Program-made: the position numbers and the translations under genes
DNA from: an uncultured Acidimicrobiales bacterium
Lineage (GTDB): Bacteria; Actinomycetota; Acidimicrobiia; Acidimicrobiales; UBA8190
Assembly: GCA_963764205.1 (NCBI GenBank)
Contig: CAVXRN010000001.1
Location: forward strand, 29,987-93,986
DNA length: 64,000 nucleotides
Direction of reading: 5' to 3'
Shown here: piece by piece, positions 62,990-64,000 of the stretch
Position numbering within the stretch: the stretch's first letter is position 1
Layout of the letters: each line of letters opens with the position of its first letter
Notes under the pieces: model-generated
Database searches by the model: none
What the model was told of the DNA's origin: nothing
The model's input: only the letters and a program-made list of their open reading frames with translations

Positions 62990-63712
62990 ATGCTGGGCGA
63001 TTCTCTGTGGGAAGAGCACTCGGCATGGTGGCAGGAGCGCTACACCGGGGGAGTCGACGCCGAGTACGAGGAGCAGGTCCTCCCGTTGGTCGAGCACTAC
63101 GTGCGAGGGGCGCGGCGCGTGCTCGACGTCGGGTGTGGTGAGGGCCAGGTCACTCGGTGCATCGCCCGACTCGGGGCTGACGTGGTGGGGCTCGACCCCA
63201 CACCGTCGCAGGTCCGCGCCGCGCATGACCGCGGGGGGCCGGCGCAGTTCGTGCGGGCACGGGCGGAGCAACTTCCCTGCGCTCGAGCGGCCTTCGACGC
63301 CGTGGTGTTGTGCTTGGCGCTCGAGCACGTCGACCCGTTCGAGCCCGCCCTGGAGGAAGTCGCCCGGGTGCTCTCCCCCGGAGGGCGGTTCCTGTTGTTC
63401 TTGGCCCACCCACTCCTGCAATCGCCCGGCAGCGGTTGGGTCGACGACGAGGTCGTAGGCGAACAGTACTGGAGGGTCGGTTCGTACTTGCGCGACGACG
63501 TCGCCATCGATGAAGTCGCACCCGGGGTCTGCTTGCCGTTCGCGCACCGACCATTGAGCAGGTACGTCCACGTCATGGGCGAGGTCGGGTTGCTCGTCGA
63601 GGACATGGTGGAGCCGTCACCGCCACCGGACACCCTCATCGAAACAGGCGGGTTCCTCAATGCGTCCACCATCCCGCGCATGATGCTCCTGTGCGCCCGT
63701 CGCATCGATTGA
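62990..63712 (+). CDS. class I SAM-dependent methyltransferase
   Basis: It has VLDVGCGEGQ (motif I) and LSPGGRFLL. Confidence 0.85.
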   Translation: MLGDSLWEEHSAWWQERYTGGVDAEYEEQVLPLVEHYVRGARRVLDVGCGEGQVTRCIARLGADVVGLDPTPSQVRAAHDRGGPAQFVRARAEQLPCARAAFDAVVLCLALEHVDPFEPALEEVARVLSPGGRFLLFLAHPLLQSPGSGWVDDEVVGEQYWRVGSYLRDDVAIDEVAPGVCLPFAHRPLSRYVHVMGEVGLLVEDMVEPSPPPDTLIETGGFLNASTIPRMMLLCARRID

Positions 63713-63774
63713 CGACGACTGGGGGACTCGCTGTTTGGCGCGACCCCGTGTAGCGCGCCGGTATTGTCCGCGCC

Positions 63775-64000
63775 ATGGAGCGGACGGCTCAGACGGCGGA
63801 GCGCGGCGCGGGAATCGTCCTCATCACCCTCGCCGCAGGGCAGTTCCTGATGACGCTCGACAGCTCCGTCATGAACGTGTCGATCGCCACCGTCGCCCAC
63901 GACCTCGGCACGACGGTCACCGGAATCCAGACGGCGATCACCCTCTACACGCTCGTGATGGCGATGTTCATGATCACCGGCGGCAAGGTCGGAGCGATCA
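63775..64000 (+). CDS. MFS transporter (DHA2-like), 5' part only
   Basis: My own translation from ATG 63775 is MERTAQTAERGAGIVLITLAAGQFLMTLDSSVMNVSIATVAHDLGTTVTGIQTAITLYTLVMAMFMITGGKVGAI. It is similar to the N-terminus of the MFS at 20410. The frame runs off the window. Confidence 0.8.
   Translation, partial: MERTAQTAERGAGIVLITLAAGQFLMTLDSSVMNVSIATVAHDLGTTVTGIQTAITLYTLVMAMFMITGGKVGAI

Noticed and set aside
1-64000. A mobile element, prophage, defence island or CRISPR-Cas content.
   Set aside because: I found no transposase, integrase, recombinase, terminal inverted repeats, cas genes, restriction-modification genes or large NTPase/nuclease genes in any frame.

Overview
This is a visibly high-GC, gene-dense chromosomal segment with an actinobacterial (Actinomycetota-like) gene flavour. 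I cannot assign a taxon from sequence alone. No similarity search was run, so every function call rests on motifs I recognise in the supplied translations and on my own reading of the DNA.

I support about 65 protein-coding loci. I found no rRNA, tRNA, CRISPR array, transposase, integrase or phage genes.

Main content, left to right:
- SDR and ferredoxin genes.
- A heavily frame-disrupted paralog (1838-3792) of an intact secreted beta-helix/IPT protein (33524-35272).
- DUF427, then a TetR gene with a CoA-transferase.
- An arsenic locus: arsR divergent from an ArsI/CadI-like gene, a MIP channel and arsC.
- Two Cys-type sulfatases.
- purU.
- A secreted protein with 4 Ig-like repeats.
- An alpha/beta-hydrolase fused to two ACT domains.
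- LtrA and MFS genes.
- A DUF2252-SCP2-amyloglucosidase operon.
- A VOC, MBL and SRPBCC cluster with a TetR gene.
- Two c-di-GMP enzymes.
- A DUF2510/tandem-repeat/GH26-like protein.
- A minimal K+ channel.
- A patch of small ABM-fold genes interleaved with broken genes (35.3-39.3 kb).
- A thinly coding 39.8-41.1 kb tract.
- A Liv-type ABC operon with unusual extensions (44.3-50.3 kb).
- WS/DGAT, HAD and HdeD genes.
- A phosphoesterase-MIP-methyltransferase operon.

Operon calls are supported by seven ATGA/GTGA start-stop overlaps: 7311, 20410, 24317, 28406, 46268, 48622 and 62138.

The most notable unexplained signals:
- An unusually high load of frame disruptions. Several sit in short G/C runs, so sequencing error versus real decay is unresolved.
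- Three hairpins whose loops carry C6-C7 runs on the minus strand (6C-sRNA-like).
- A 17-bp triplication of a start-codon region that creates chained uORFs.
- A missing stop between two ABC ATPase domains.
- Several unusual domain fusions.

I do not see a clear-cut novel multi-gene system such as a defence island.
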